A stretch of DNA of 63,490 nucleotides, counting the filler, from Candidatus Huberarchaeum crystalense (GTDB lineage Archaea > Huberarchaeota > Huberarchaeia > Huberarchaeales > Huberarchaeaceae): NCBI GenBank assembly GCA_002790315.1. It is 5 parts of 5 records of this genome, joined end to end, with 100 filler letters (N's around TTAATTAATTAA, not from the genome) between each part and the next. Parts side by side here need not be neighbours in the genome. Positions count along the whole stretch, not along the records: positions 1 to 19,638 come from PFUW01000014.1; positions 19,739 to 24,361 come from PFUW01000033.1; 3 more parts are not named here. One strand, given 5' to 3'. The translations under genes and the position numbers were made by a program. Under the pieces are notes generated by a model, which made no database searches, was not told where the DNA came from, and saw only the letters and a list, made by a program, of their open reading frames with translations. Positions 9,378-20,070 of this stretch are shown in pieces; the first letter of the stretch is position 1, and every line of letters starts with the position of its first letter.

Positions 9378-9911
9378 TTATTTTAAATTTGTAAATTGCA
9401 CGCTTTCAAGAGTTACATCTTCATCTTTGTCAACAATAGCAAGTATTAATTTTATTTTGTTTTTTGCAGCCAAATCAGTTAGTTTAAAAAGATTCTGCCA
9501 CTTTAAAGCAGAATTTTCATCTAAAATTCTCACCAAGTATTTCTCTTTTTTTTTATAACAAACCCAAATTTTTTGAAGCCTACTAAAGTTAGTAGTGTTG
9601 CGGGTCATATTAGCAACTCGCGTCTTGTCAAAATCCACAACATATCCGTCAAGCCGCAATTTTGCATAAACTGCGCGCTCTATTTTTAAAGTTTTGCTGT
9701 TTATTATAATTTTAGTCAAATCAACTATTTTTCCTGCCAAATCAACTACACTAAGACGATTTTTATCTTGCAAATATTCTGCTTCAACAAGATTTAATTT
9801 AAAAAGACCTAATTTATCGCGCTTTCCATAATGCTTTGACAACAATCTTGCTTCATCTTTCTTGTTAGGAATTGTAACTGCACGACCCTTCAAAATTCCA
9901 TGAATTTTCAT
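9378..9911 (-). CDS. tRNA-splicing endonuclease-like protein, probably non-catalytic structural subunit
   Basis: LNLVEAEYL, VYAKLRLDGYVV, LILAIVDKDEDVT match the EndA fold; G-x-K-Y-G and catalytic His not seen. Confidence 0.7.
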   Translation of the reverse strand: MKIHGILKGRAVTIPNKKDEARLLSKHYGKRDKLGLFKLNLVEAEYLQDKNRLSVVDLAGKIVDLTKIIINSKTLKIERAVYAKLRLDGYVVDFDKTRVANMTRNTTNFSRLQKIWVCYKKKEKYLVRILDENSALKWQNLFKLTDLAAKNKIKLILAIVDKDEDVTLESVQFTNLK

Positions 9912-9912
9912 T

Positions 9913-10122
9913 TTAGTTTTTATTATCTACTCTTTTATTCATATAAATAATATCTATTCCAATGATGATCAAAAGAATTGGCCAAAGATCTGTTGTATCA
10001 AAACCAAAACCCATTTTTCCAAGAATACCTAATTTATCTAATAAAAAAATAACGCCGAGAACAATTAATATTACTCCTATCATATATGCGTTGTTTTGTA
10101 CAGCTTCTTTTTCTCCAACCAT
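9913..10122 (-). CDS. LiaI/LiaF-like (DUF5668-type) small membrane protein
   Basis: GVILIVLGVIFLL..LG...LWPILLIIIG. Confidence 0.8.
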   Translation of the reverse strand: MVGEKEAVQNNAYMIGVILIVLGVIFLLDKLGILGKMGFGFDTTDLWPILLIIIGIDIIYMNKRVDNKN

Positions 10123-10236
10123 AATATATTTATTTATATTGTTTTATCTTAAGACAGAGTTTTAAATTCACATTTTCAAACAAACATTATTTTGCATTTA
10201 TTTATCAAACTAATACTCTAACACTATTATTAGTAT

Positions 10237-11193
10237 TTATATAACAATTTCTTCAATCTTTGGCAAAGACATTATTGTTTTTGGCTGTCTGAATGGCATT
10301 TGCAAAGCAATTGGTCGCTTTTTTGGTCCCATAACACTTCCTTTTATCAAAATATAATTGCCGTTAGAATCAATTTTGCTTTTTCCTTTTAAAATGCTTT
10401 GAATCTCACTTCCTTTTGCAATTTTGTAAATATATTTGTTATTTTCTGTTCTTTTTTGGTAGCCCGTTTGGCCAGGCCATGGCGCGCGCCAATTTGCTCT
10501 TGCTGGCCTTGATGAACCAACAGATCCAATTCCTTTGGTTAATTTTCGAGAATTTACTGCAAGATATTTTACTCCGAATCTTTTTACAGTTCCCTGAAAT
10601 CCATAGCCCTTTGTGACACCGCTTATATCTACAAAAGTGCCTTCTTTAATAACTTCTGCTACACCTATCTCTTTTTGTTCCAAAAAGTCCTTTATTTTTT
10701 CTTTAGCAATAGGCACTTCTATTATTTCAGGTGTTTTTTTAAAGGTTGGTTGGGCTATTAAAATGAGAGTGTAAATAGTTCCTTGTTTTAGATTGTCAAT
10801 TGTTTTTTGCTTGTTTTTGTTTTGAAGTGTGCTTGTTGTTTTTCTTTTGATGTTTTTTTGCTGGGTCTTTGTTAAATTTTCTCCAACATTAATTTGGTCA
10901 ATGCATTTTAGACCATAGAGTGTTTGCTTATAAGAGCGGATGCTAGAGACAGCCATATTTGGAGCTTCAAGAATTGTTATAGGAACAACTATATCTGTTC
11001 CAAATGTAGACTTATTTTTTTGAGTATCAATATATTTTACTTGTGCCATTCCCCACTTATATGCTAAAAAAGATCCAATAGTACCAACAGATTGTTTTTT
11101 ATATCTTGCGAGATTGACATTTGGGCACATTTGTTTGGCGCGCACTCTTCTCACAGCTAATGTTCCTCTTCTTGGGTTGTGTATTTTTGCCAT
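10237..11193 (-). CDS. rpl3: 50S ribosomal protein uL3
   Basis: PRRGTL, YKWGM, DISGVTKGYGFQGTVKRFG, GQTGYQKRTENNK, KGSVMGPKKR. Confidence 0.97.
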   Translation of the reverse strand: MAKIHNPRRGTLAVRRVRAKQMCPNVNLARYKKQSVGTIGSFLAYKWGMAQVKYIDTQKNKSTFGTDIVVPITILEAPNMAVSSIRSYKQTLYGLKCIDQINVGENLTKTQQKNIKRKTTSTLQNKNKQKTIDNLKQGTIYTLILIAQPTFKKTPEIIEVPIAKEKIKDFLEQKEIGVAEVIKEGTFVDISGVTKGYGFQGTVKRFGVKYLAVNSRKLTKGIGSVGSSRPARANWRAPWPGQTGYQKRTENNKYIYKIAKGSEIQSILKGKSKIDSNGNYILIKGSVMGPKKRPIALQMPFRQPKTIMSLPKIEEIVI

Positions 11194-11242
11194 TATTTTC
11201 CCCCATTAGAAAATAATGTTTTGAAACTTTGTTTCAATGCCA

Positions 11243-11836
11243 TTATCTACTTGCAGCTGCCGCTGCCTCTAATTCTGTTTTTCTTGAAAACGCAAAAGAA
11301 TCTGTTTTTCTGCTTGCTGCTGCTATTATTTCTTTTACTAAATTGTTGGTTATGTTACTCTTTTTGAATGCCTTTTGCTGTGCTCCTTGCACAAACCATC
11401 TTAACACCAAATCAATTCTGCGAACAGGGCTTATGTCTACAGGTCTTCCAGCAACAACACTTCCTTTTTGTACACGAGTTACTTCCTCATAAGGAGATGC
11501 TGTTTCAATTGCAGTTATAAGTGTTTGAATTGGGTTTTCATTTGTTTGTTTGTTTGTTTCATAAAAAGCACCTATCACTATTTTTCTTGCTTTTAATTTT
11601 TTTCCAGTATTATGGCCCGAGGAGAGTGTATGCGATTTTCCTCTATGACCAGAAACTGTTAATTTATTAATAAGTTTTTCGACAACAGACATTTTTGTTT
11701 TTTTGAGTTTTTGCCCATGTTCAAGTCCATAAGAATATTCAAGAGCGTGCGGCATAAACACTAAATACTTTTTTAAACTTTCATCTCGCACTTTCACATC
11801 ATCGCAATCCCATTTGCCAAAAAGAAGATAACCCAT
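11243..11836 (-). CDS. rps7: 30S ribosomal protein uS7
   Basis: LFGKWD, VEKLINKL, NPIQTL, VDISPVRRID, ELEAAAAASR. Confidence 0.97.
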   Translation of the reverse strand: MGYLLFGKWDCDDVKVRDESLKKYLVFMPHALEYSYGLEHGQKLKKTKMSVVEKLINKLTVSGHRGKSHTLSSGHNTGKKLKARKIVIGAFYETNKQTNENPIQTLITAIETASPYEEVTRVQKGSVVAGRPVDISPVRRIDLVLRWFVQGAQQKAFKKSNITNNLVKEIIAAASRKTDSFAFSRKTELEAAAAASR

Positions 11837-11919
11837 AAATTATTTGTATTTTATATATAATTGGTTATTTTTATTGCTTGTATTAATAATTATACCCACA
11901 CAAATATTATAAAAATAAT

Positions 11920-12141
11920 ATGAAATGTAGTTATTGTGGAAAGGAAATTAAATCGGGGCACGGTATTATTTTCGCAAAAGATACAAAACAGGTGCTTTAT
12001 TTTTGTTCAAAGAAGTGCAGAATAAATTCGCAATATCGTAAGCCGCAAAAGACAAAATGGACAGAAAAAGCAAGAGAAATGCGCGAAGAACGCAAACGTT
12101 TAATTAAAAAAGTAGATACTGACAATATGAAAAAGGAATAA
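11920..12141 (+). CDS. rpl24e: 50S ribosomal protein eL24
   Basis: CSYCG..I..GHG...FCSKKC...KWT. Confidence 0.96.
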   Translation: MKCSYCGKEIKSGHGIIFAKDTKQVLYFCSKKCRINSQYRKPQKTKWTEKAREMREERKRLIKKVDTDNMKKE

Positions 12142-12253
12142 TTTGTTTTTGTTTTTTATCCTTTTTTTAAAACAAAAGAGATTATTTCAATAGTTAATGT
12201 TGTTTCTAACAACAGAATAATAGTTAGTATGTTTTGTTGTGTTTAAAAAGGTT

Positions 12254-12595
12254 ATGAAAAGAAAACAACAACACAAACCTATAAAACACAACGCAAGTGC
12301 AGAACAGCCACAATTTTTGCGTTTGCCAAAGTCAAACGAAGTTTTAGGAATAGTTATTCAACGGCTTGCAAATAAACATTTTTATGTAAAGTGCAGTGAT
12401 GGAAAAGTGCGACTTTGCCGTATGCCTGGAAGCTTTAAATTTAAAAAGATGTGGGTTAGGGAAAATAGTATTGTAATTGTTGAAATACCCCCTATTCAAG
12501 GAAATATTAAGGGTGAGATTGTTTATTCTTACAATGATGTAGGTAAAAGCAAGCTTGAAGAACGCAAACTCCTTGATTTTGTTAATTTATTGTAG
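12254..12595 (+). CDS. eif1a: Translation initiation factor aIF-1A
   Basis: RLP..NEVLGIV, VKCSDGKVRLCRMPG, MWVRE; start moved to ATG 12254. Confidence 0.93.
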   Translation: MKRKQQHKPIKHNASAEQPQFLRLPKSNEVLGIVIQRLANKHFYVKCSDGKVRLCRMPGSFKFKKMWVRENSIVIVEIPPIQGNIKGEIVYSYNDVGKSKLEERKLLDFVNLL

Positions 12596-12838
12596 TTTTA
12601 GTAAATTTGAATTCTCTTTTCCTTTGATTTTGTTAATTGTCTATTTGTTGTAGTTTTAAATTGTCTATTTGTTAATTTATTATAGTTTTAGCTGGCTGAT
12701 TCTCACAAACTATAATAGTTTTTTATAATTAGATTTTGTTTTTTAATTTGTGCATGCAAATAGTGAAATTAGTGAAATTGCAAAAAAAAAAACTTAATAT
12801 TTTTTGCTTGATATTTATATAAAAAATAAAATAAATAT

Positions 12839-15229
12839 ATGGGGAAAGAAAAAAAAGAAATTACTTTAACAGTTATAGAAGCACTGCCAAGTGACATAGG
12901 CTTAGGAATAGTACGCATAACAAAAGGAAATCTGGATAAATTAGATGTTAAAGAGCGGGACACTGTTCTTTTAAAAGGAAAAAGCGAAACAGTCGCAGTT
13001 GTTATGAAAGCGTCGCTTGGGCAAGATGAGAATATTGCGCGCCTTGATGGTGCTTTGCGTAAAAAAGCAAATGTGTCAATCGGCGAAAAAGTTATTATTC
13101 AAAAAGTTAAAATAGGGCCTGCAAAAAAAGTGATATTAACACCTTTAAACAAGCGAGTGCGAATAAATTTGTCTAACAATGACTTGAAGCGCGCGCTAAT
13201 CGGAAGCGCATTTAAAATGGGTGAGGTACTTACTCTTAGAATGCGTCAGCAAATGCCTGATATGGCTTTTTTTGGAGGGTTTTTTGATGAAGAGCAGCAG
13301 AGTTTTGGAGAAGTTAAATATGCTGTTGTTTTTACTGATCCTAAATTTATTCCTGTAAAAATTACAGAAGAAACGCGACTTGAAGTTGATATTAATGCAA
13401 AGATTGAAGTTAGCAAGGACTTAGAAGTTACTTATGATGATCTTGGTGGTTTGAAAAACGAAATTCAAAAAATTCGCGAGATGGTTGAACTACCTATGAG
13501 ACACCCTGAACTTTTTGAAAGATTAGGAATTTCTCCTCCAAAAGGTGTTTTGTTATTTGGTCCGCCAGGAACAGGAAAAACAATGCTTGCAAAAGCAGTT
13601 GCTAGTGAAAGCAATACATCTTTTTTTTCTATTAATGGACCTGAGATTTTTGATAAATTTTATGGAGAAAGCGAAAAAAAGCTAAGGGAAATTTTTGATG
13701 AAGCACAAAAAAAGGCGCCGAGCATTATTTTTATTGATGAAGTTGATGCTATTGCAAGCAGTCGCGAAGAAACACACGGAGAAGTTGAAAAACGGCTTGT
13801 TTCTCAGCTTTTAACTATAATGGATGGATTAAAATCGCGCGGAAATGTTGTAGTTATTGCAGCAACAAATAGGCCTGATTCTTTAGATACCGCGTTGAGA
13901 CGTCCTGGAAGATTTGACCGCGAGCTTGAAATAGGTGTTCCTGATGATAATGGACGCAAAGAAATTTTAGAGGTTCATACGCGATCATTGCCATTGAGCA
14001 AAGATTTTAAAATGGATGATCTTGTAATCAGAACCCAGGGCTTTGTTGGCGCTGATCTGGCTTCGCTTGTTAGAGAAGCAGCAATGGCTTGTATTCGCGA
14101 TGTTTTGCCAAAAATAGATTTAAAGCAAGAAATAGTTCCTGTTGAAATTTTGAAAAATTTAAAAATAGAAAAAAGGCATTTTGAAGAAGCATTTAAATTT
14201 GTTCATCCATCTGCTTTGCGCGATGTTGCTGTAGAAATTCCGCATGTCAGATGGAGCGATATTGGTGGATTAGAAGAAGCTAAAGAGACATTAAAAGAAG
14301 TTGTTGATTGGCCTTTAAGACATCCTGAAGCATTTGAGAGATTAGGAATTTCTCCTCCAAAAGGTGTTTTGTTATTTGGTCCGCCAGGAACAGGAAAAAC
14401 AATGCTTGCAAAGGCAGTTGCAAATGAAAGCAGGGCGAACTTTATTAGTATCAAAGGCCCTGAACTTTTGTCAAAATGGGTTGGTGAAAGTGAAGCAGGT
14501 GTGAGAAAAATATTTAAGAAAGCGCGCCAAGTTGCTCCTTGTATCGTCTTTTTTGATGAGTTTGATTCTTTGGCAAGACAGCGAGGAAGTGGGTTTGGCT
14601 GCGGCTCAGAAGTAACAGAAAAAGTTGTAAATCAAATACTTACTGAATTAGATGGAATTGAATCATTAAACAAAGTTGTTGTAATTGCTGCAACAAATCG
14701 ACCTGACTTGGTTGACGACAGTTTGCTAAGGCCTGGTAGAATTGAGAAATTCTTATATTTAGGTGTACCTGATGAATCTACGCGCAAGGAAATTTTTACT
14801 GTTCACACCCAAAAAATGCCCTTATCTAAAGATGTGGACATCAATCAATTAGCAAAACAAACAAAAGAATATGTTGGAGCAGACATTGAAGCAATTTGTC
14901 GAGAAGCAGCCCTAACTGCGTTGAGGAGCAACATTAATGCAAAACAAATAACAGGAGACAATTTTAAGACAGCGATGGCAAAAGTCAGAAAAACCCTTGA
15001 TGAACAATCTAAAAGATTATATAATTCTTATTGCAGTCGGTTTGTAGAAAAAGTAGAAAAAGAAACAGAGCAAGAGCAAACATCTAAAGAAATAGGTATA
15101 AAAACCAAACCTAAAGAAAAAAATGATATTGAAGACAGCGAAGATATACTAATAAAGGACAAAGATGATGATTCAAACATTACTGGCAAAGCAGTTTATA
15201 CTGTAAAAAACCCTCAGAAAAAAGAGTAA
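12839..15229 (+). CDS. cdc48: CDC48/VCP AAA+ ATPase
   Basis: N-domain plus two AAA modules (GPPGTGKT twice, IDE/FDE, RPGR); charged C-terminal tail. Confidence 0.97.
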   Translation: MGKEKKEITLTVIEALPSDIGLGIVRITKGNLDKLDVKERDTVLLKGKSETVAVVMKASLGQDENIARLDGALRKKANVSIGEKVIIQKVKIGPAKKVILTPLNKRVRINLSNNDLKRALIGSAFKMGEVLTLRMRQQMPDMAFFGGFFDEEQQSFGEVKYAVVFTDPKFIPVKITEETRLEVDINAKIEVSKDLEVTYDDLGGLKNEIQKIREMVELPMRHPELFERLGISPPKGVLLFGPPGTGKTMLAKAVASESNTSFFSINGPEIFDKFYGESEKKLREIFDEAQKKAPSIIFIDEVDAIASSREETHGEVEKRLVSQLLTIMDGLKSRGNVVVIAATNRPDSLDTALRRPGRFDRELEIGVPDDNGRKEILEVHTRSLPLSKDFKMDDLVIRTQGFVGADLASLVREAAMACIRDVLPKIDLKQEIVPVEILKNLKIEKRHFEEAFKFVHPSALRDVAVEIPHVRWSDIGGLEEAKETLKEVVDWPLRHPEAFERLGISPPKGVLLFGPPGTGKTMLAKAVANESRANFISIKGPELLSKWVGESEAGVRKIFKKARQVAPCIVFFDEFDSLARQRGSGFGCGSEVTEKVVNQILTELDGIESLNKVVVIAATNRPDLVDDSLLRPGRIEKFLYLGVPDESTRKEIFTVHTQKMPLSKDVDINQLAKQTKEYVGADIEAICREAALTALRSNINAKQITGDNFKTAMAKVRKTLDEQSKRLYNSYCSRFVEKVEKETEQEQTSKEIGIKTKPKEKNDIEDSEDILIKDKDDDSNITGKAVYTVKNPQKKE

Positions 15230-15484
15230 TTTGAGTAAAATTAAATTTTATTTACTTATTTATTATTTATTAAAATGCAAAAAATAGTGGTTTTTATACC
15301 CAAAAACGCTATATGCTTCTACAAAATACAACCTTTTTAAATACAGTTGTTTCGCTATACCTCTCTACAATTCATTTAAAAATATAGCCTTTTTAAATAC
15401 CCTTACATAAAGATATTATAGGAAGTTTTTACTTTCTTATAATCAAACATAAAAAATCGCTTTAAATAAAGCAAGGGGGAAAAA

Positions 15485-15949
15485 ATGGAAAAAAATGTAA
15501 AAAAAATAGATGGTGGAACCCCAGGAGAATATATACTTGCCCCGGGGGAAGAACGAATCATTGAAAATTGTTATAATGGAGGTATGAGATGTATGGTAAG
15601 TATTAGAGACGAAAACCATTGGGGTTTTGCAAGCATATTTAGTCATAAGATATATATAGGGGGACAATGGCAATCTCCTCTTGATAAGGGAGAAAGCACT
15701 TATATACTTCAAAAAAAAGAAGGTGAGGGGGAAGGAGAATATACAAGAACATCAGAAAAAAGAGAAGATAGCCCAATTAGAAAGTTCTTAAATAGTCCCA
15801 CCACAAACAACAATAGTTATCATTTAAAAATAGAGCCGGATGTAGGAAAAGATGGTATAGAGAAGGTAAAACTTTCAAATTTAGGAAAAACGCCTTTGGA
15901 ATTTGAAGTATTCTCTCTTGAGATTGAAAATAGACAAACACCAACACCA
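15485..15949 (+). CDS. Hypothetical protein, truncated by an N-gap
   Basis: 155 open codons, GGGGA upstream; no family recognised. Confidence 0.55.
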
Positions 15950-15956
15950 NNNNNNN

Positions 15957-16974
15957 TCTTCATTTTATTCCAGCTAATGTGAAGCTTTGGAGCCCACATC
16001 TTGCAAAAATTATCTTTTTCTGCTTGCTGTTGCTTTCCGCGCCAAATCATCAGGCCAATTTGCGGGTGCCTAAATTTTTCTTCAGGAGTTATGTTGATTG
16101 GTTGAGTTTTTGCTGTTGATATTGAAGCTAGACACTGCGCAACATTGGTTAAATAAAACCAATTTTGCTTTTTAATTCTGCTAGCATATTTGTCTGCTTC
16201 TGCTAACCATAAATAACCCTCTGCTAAATCATTTGCATTTTTATAAATATAAGGCAAATTTTCTTCAAAACAATAAATCAAGTCAGTTGGGTAAAAATTG
16301 CTCTTGTTAGCAGACATTGCATCTAATGCTATTGAAAGTTTTTTGCTTTTTAGTACCCTGAATAAAATGTCATTTTCTTTTAAAAAAACATCCTTTCCTT
16401 TTAACAAATTTAGGTCATTGTCATTTATGCTATTTTTTCCAAAGCCAACTTGTTCTATTATGTTAATGCTGTTGCGAATATCAAAGCGCGCAATCTCCAC
16501 AATTCTCGACAAAACACCATCATTCGCACTAATACTTTCTTTTTCACATATAAGTTTAAGTCGCTCTTTAATTTCTTCTTTTGTTGGCAAATTAAGCACA
16601 AGTTTTGTGCAGTCTTTTTTGCATTTTTTCTCAATTAAATAAATTTTATCACTTTTAATATCANNNNNNNNNNNNNNNNNNNNNNNNNNNNGACGACTGC
16701 CAAATAAACCTTGCTCTAGGGTCGCAGGAGCCACTTGGTGAATAATAGTGTCTTTGTTTCTGGTATCACTTGCATTGACTTCAAAAAATTCATAGCCAAC
16801 TTCTTTAGCTAAAAGTGTTGCTAGTGTTGTTTTTCCAAGTCCTGCTGGACCTAAGAGCAAAAGAACTTTTCCTATTTTTGGCCAATAGCCTAGCCAGCGT
16901 CTTGCTGTTGCTACAGCCTCTTTATTTCCAACAAATTCACTTAAAGTTAAAGGAGCATATTTTGAAACAAACAT
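15957..16974 (-). CDS. rfcL: Replication factor C large subunit (interrupted by gaps)
   Basis: FVSKYAP, GPAGLGKT, EVNASD.R, DIRNSIN, EENLP, LAEAD. Confidence 0.9.
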
Positions 16975-17056
16975 ATTTATTTTATACTTTTTATTTTGTA
17001 ATTCAAAAACATAAAAATAAGTAATACACAAATACTTTTATAAATACAAATAATTT

Positions 17057-17617
17057 ATGGCTACAACACGAAAATGGAGCTCATCATGGAAAGCGAGCGT
17101 TCAACCACGAAAGCAACGACTGTATAACTACAATGCTCCGTTGCATATTAAAAGTAAAATGGTTTGCGCGCACTTGTCAAAAGATCTTCAAAAAAAATAT
17201 AAACAGCGAAGCTTGCGCGTGATTAAAGATGATGTTGTCAAAATTATGACTGGTGACTTTAAAAAACAACAAGGAAAAGTTATAAGAATAAACACAAAAA
17301 AGCAAGAGGTCTTTGTAGAGATAGCCAAGCGCAAAAGACAAGATGGAAGCGAGGTCTTTGTACCTATCAATGCAAGTAATTTACAAATTATTGAACTTAA
17401 TCTAAACAATCCGCGAAGATTTGGAAAAAAACCAGAAACAGAGCAAGAAATGCAAAAATCTGAAAAAGATACTAAAATCAAACCTCAACAAATATTTGAA
17501 AAAGATACCGGGATCAAAAACCCGCAAAAAGGGAGCAAATCCCATCAAAAAAAAGATATTAAAAAGAGTAAAAAAACAGCAAAACAAAAAGTAGAAGTTT
17601 TAGAGGAAACGCGATGA
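17057..17617 (+). CDS. rpl24: 50S ribosomal protein uL24 with Lys-rich C-terminal tail
   Basis: SVQPRKQR...NAPLH...LSKDL..KY..RSLRV..DD.V.IM.G. Confidence 0.96.
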   Translation: MATTRKWSSSWKASVQPRKQRLYNYNAPLHIKSKMVCAHLSKDLQKKYKQRSLRVIKDDVVKIMTGDFKKQQGKVIRINTKKQEVFVEIAKRKRQDGSEVFVPINASNLQIIELNLNNPRRFGKKPETEQEMQKSEKDTKIKPQQIFEKDTGIKNPQKGSKSHQKKDIKKSKKTAKQKVEVLEETR

Positions 17618-18324
17618 CAAAGCACCACTTAAAAAATATAGCCACCCCTAAAATATACAGCTTGCCCAAAAAGAGCAAAAAATATGTTGTTCGTCCAAAA
17701 CCAGGAAAAAAATTTGAAGAAAGTGTAAGCATTGTTGTACTTTTGCGCGATTTCTTAAAATTAGCAACAAATGTGCGCGAGGTTAAAATTATGCTAAACA
17801 ATAAAGAAGTATTAATTAATCAAACACTAATAAAAAACAAGAGCAGCGCAGTTGGATTTTTTGATGTTATTAGTATTAAATCTTTAAACAAAAATTATTT
17901 ATTGTTGCCTTCAAAACACGGATTTAACATTCGAGAACTTTCTCCAGAATTGTCTCAGCAATTATTTTTGAAAATCACAAACATAAAACCACAAACAAAA
18001 AACAAACAGCAAATTCAATTTAATAATGGCTATACTTTAATAAGTGATAAAAATGCAAAGGTTGGAGACACAGCAATTATTGAAGCAAAAACAAAAAAAA
18101 TAAAAAATATTATAAAATTAAAAGAGGGCTTACTTATTTTGAGCACAAAAGGCGCGCATATTGGAAAAACAGGAAGAATTTCAAAAATAAAAGGAAAACA
18201 TTTGTTGCTTGACAATTCAATAAAAACAATTAAACAAAACACAATCATTGTTCCAGAGGAATATGCTTCTGTTATTCTTGTTAATAACAAAAGTAAAGTA
18301 AATAATGGGGGTAAAGATGAGTAA
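17614..18324 (+). CDS. rps4e: 30S ribosomal protein eS4
   Basis: HLK..ATP, RPKPG, LLRDFLKLA..REVK, VGFFDVI, GAHIGKTG. Confidence 0.95.
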   Translation: MTKHHLKNIATPKIYSLPKKSKKYVVRPKPGKKFEESVSIVVLLRDFLKLATNVREVKIMLNNKEVLINQTLIKNKSSAVGFFDVISIKSLNKNYLLLPSKHGFNIRELSPELSQQLFLKITNIKPQTKNKQQIQFNNGYTLISDKNAKVGDTAIIEAKTKKIKNIIKLKEGLLILSTKGAHIGKTGRISKIKGKHLLLDNSIKTIKQNTIIVPEEYASVILVNNKSKVNNGGKDE

Positions 18325-19213
18325 AAGTGATGTTGATGTTGCCAATCCAATAATGAAAAATAAAGTTGATGTTGCCAATCCAATAATGAAAAATAAAAAA
18401 TCAGAATCTATTACTAAACGCGAAGATGTTAAAGTATATTCAACCAAAGGAAATGTTGTGGAGATATTGCAACTTGCACCACAAATGCAAGAGCAAAAAA
18501 TAAAAAGAGAAAATATAAAGCGTGCAATACTTTATGAGCAGCGATTAACATTTCAACCGCAAGGAAGAGATATTATGGCAGGTATGAGATGCTCTTCAAG
18601 AATGCATGTGCGCGCACAAAAATCTTACAGGTCTAAGAAAAATAAGGGAATATCAAGAATAGCAAGAAACCCATTCACTTATAAAGGCGTGCAAGCAACA
18701 AATGTAAGAGGAGGTTCGCATAGACATAAACCACTAGCAAACAAACACATTGAGTGGCTGATGCCAAAAAAAGAATATTTAAAAGCAATGCGCGCAGCAC
18801 TTACACTAAGTACAAACATTGATGAAGTAATGGCGCGAGGCCATAAAGTAAATAAAGAATTTAAACTTCCACTTGTGTTTGATATGTCTATTTGTGATAT
18901 AAAAAAAACAGCTGACTTTGTAAATTTTTTAAAAGAAGCAGGATTTAGTGAAGAACTTGAACGCACTAAATATAAAAAAATTAGAGTGGGAAAAGGAAAA
19001 ATGAGGGGTAGAACTTATATTCGGAAAAGAGGAGTAGTAGTAATCTCTGAAAAGACAATAAGTGCCTGCGAAAATATACCTGGTGTAGAAAACTATTCAA
19101 CAGAAGAATTAATAATACAAGATGTTTTTCCAGGAGCCAATCACCCACGACTTATTATTTGGTGTGTTGATTCATATAAAAAATTAATTGAGGAAAAAAT
19201 ATATGTTGCCTAA
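18317..19213 (+). CDS. rpl4: 50S ribosomal protein uL4
   Basis: AGMRCS, GISRIAR, VRGG, KIRVGKGKMRGR, PGANHPRLIIW; N-terminal 11-aa duplication. Confidence 0.93.
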   Translation: MSKSDVDVANPIMKNKVDVANPIMKNKKSESITKREDVKVYSTKGNVVEILQLAPQMQEQKIKRENIKRAILYEQRLTFQPQGRDIMAGMRCSSRMHVRAQKSYRSKKNKGISRIARNPFTYKGVQATNVRGGSHRHKPLANKHIEWLMPKKEYLKAMRAALTLSTNIDEVMARGHKVNKEFKLPLVFDMSICDIKKTADFVNFLKEAGFSEELERTKYKKIRVGKGKMRGRTYIRKRGVVVISEKTISACENIPGVENYSTEELIIQDVFPGANHPRLIIWCVDSYKKLIEEKIYVA

Positions 19214-19505
19214 AATTGTTGCTTCAAAAAAACAATCAACTTCACTCTCCAAGCGACAGATTATAGTCAGCATTAAAAACACAGAAAAAGCAGTGCGACA
19301 ACTTGAAGGACAAAATATTCTTACATTTATAATAGACAATAAGGCAAAAAAAGAGAATATGAAAAATATATTAATCAAAGAATTTAAAGCAGAGCCAATA
19401 AAAATAACAATAGAAATAAATAGGCAAGGTAAAAAAATTGCGCGCGTAAAGCTAAAAGATGTTGATGCTGCGAGAAACTTGGCAATGAAGTTTGGGATAG
19501 TTTAG
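19203..19505 (+). CDS. rpl23: 50S ribosomal protein uL23
   Basis: TEKAVR.LE..N.LTFI, GKKIARVKL, A.NLAMKFGIV. Confidence 0.93.
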   Translation: MLPKIVASKKQSTSLSKRQIIVSIKNTEKAVRQLEGQNILTFIIDNKAKKENMKNILIKEFKAEPIKITIEINRQGKKIARVKLKDVDAARNLAMKFGIV

Positions 19506-19638
19506 TTGGTCTGTGATTGTTTTAAAGTGTTGGGTTTGATGTCCTGGAAAAATTTTTCTGAATTTCAGAATATGACATTTCACCGTTTTTTAGTGTATTT
19601 ACAATCATCAGCTTTGTTTTTGTTCCCTTTCCAAATAC

Positions 19639-19738
19639 NNNNNNNNNNNNNNNNNNNNNNNNNNNNNNNNNNNNNNNNNNNNTTAATTAATTAANNNNNN
19701 NNNNNNNNNNNNNNNNNNNNNNNNNNNNNNNNNNNNNN
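19639..19738. other. Artificial scaffold linker (N44-TTAATTAATTAA-N44); same linker at 24362-24461, 42616-42715, 58896-58995
   Basis: Identical 100-nt structure four times; the spacer gives stops in all six frames. Confidence 0.98.
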
Positions 19739-19872
19739 TAAGCACAGTTATGTTCGCAACCGACATAATGATTTAAAACATAATCAATGCCAGGAATTTT
19801 TGTTTTTATGTATAATTTTTTTGCAGTGGTTTTTATTAATTTTACTTTGCTATCAATGTTCTTAATACTCAT
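19739..19872 (-). CDS. Radical SAM protein (spore photoproduct lyase-like family), 5' fragment
   Basis: DYVLNHYVGCEHNCA, start of CxxxCxxC; cut by the linker. Confidence 0.8.
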
Positions 19873-19875
19873 AAA

Positions 19876-20070
19876 TTATTGTTCTAACAACTTTTTCAAA
19901 TTTTCTCCTTCTTCAATGGTTTTGTCTTTTTGGTTGTTGTTATGATTGGCTATATTATTACCTCAATATTTCTTTTATTATATGTCCTTTTGTTTTGTTG
20001 AATCCATAATATTATTTATTTTTCCTTTTCTCGGACTACCAGCTATTCCTATTATTTTCATTTTTCTCAT
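19876..20070 (-). pseudogene. Relic of a flavodoxin/NADPH-dependent FMN reductase gene
   Basis: MRKMKIIGIAGSPRKG then a stop after 30 codons; ATGA overlap with the recJ-like stop. Confidence 0.65.

Noticed and set aside
19520-19638. Winged-helix (HxlR/ArsR-like) fragment on the minus strand, KTKLMIVNTLKNGEMSYSEIQK
   Set aside because: Too short and cut by the linker to call.
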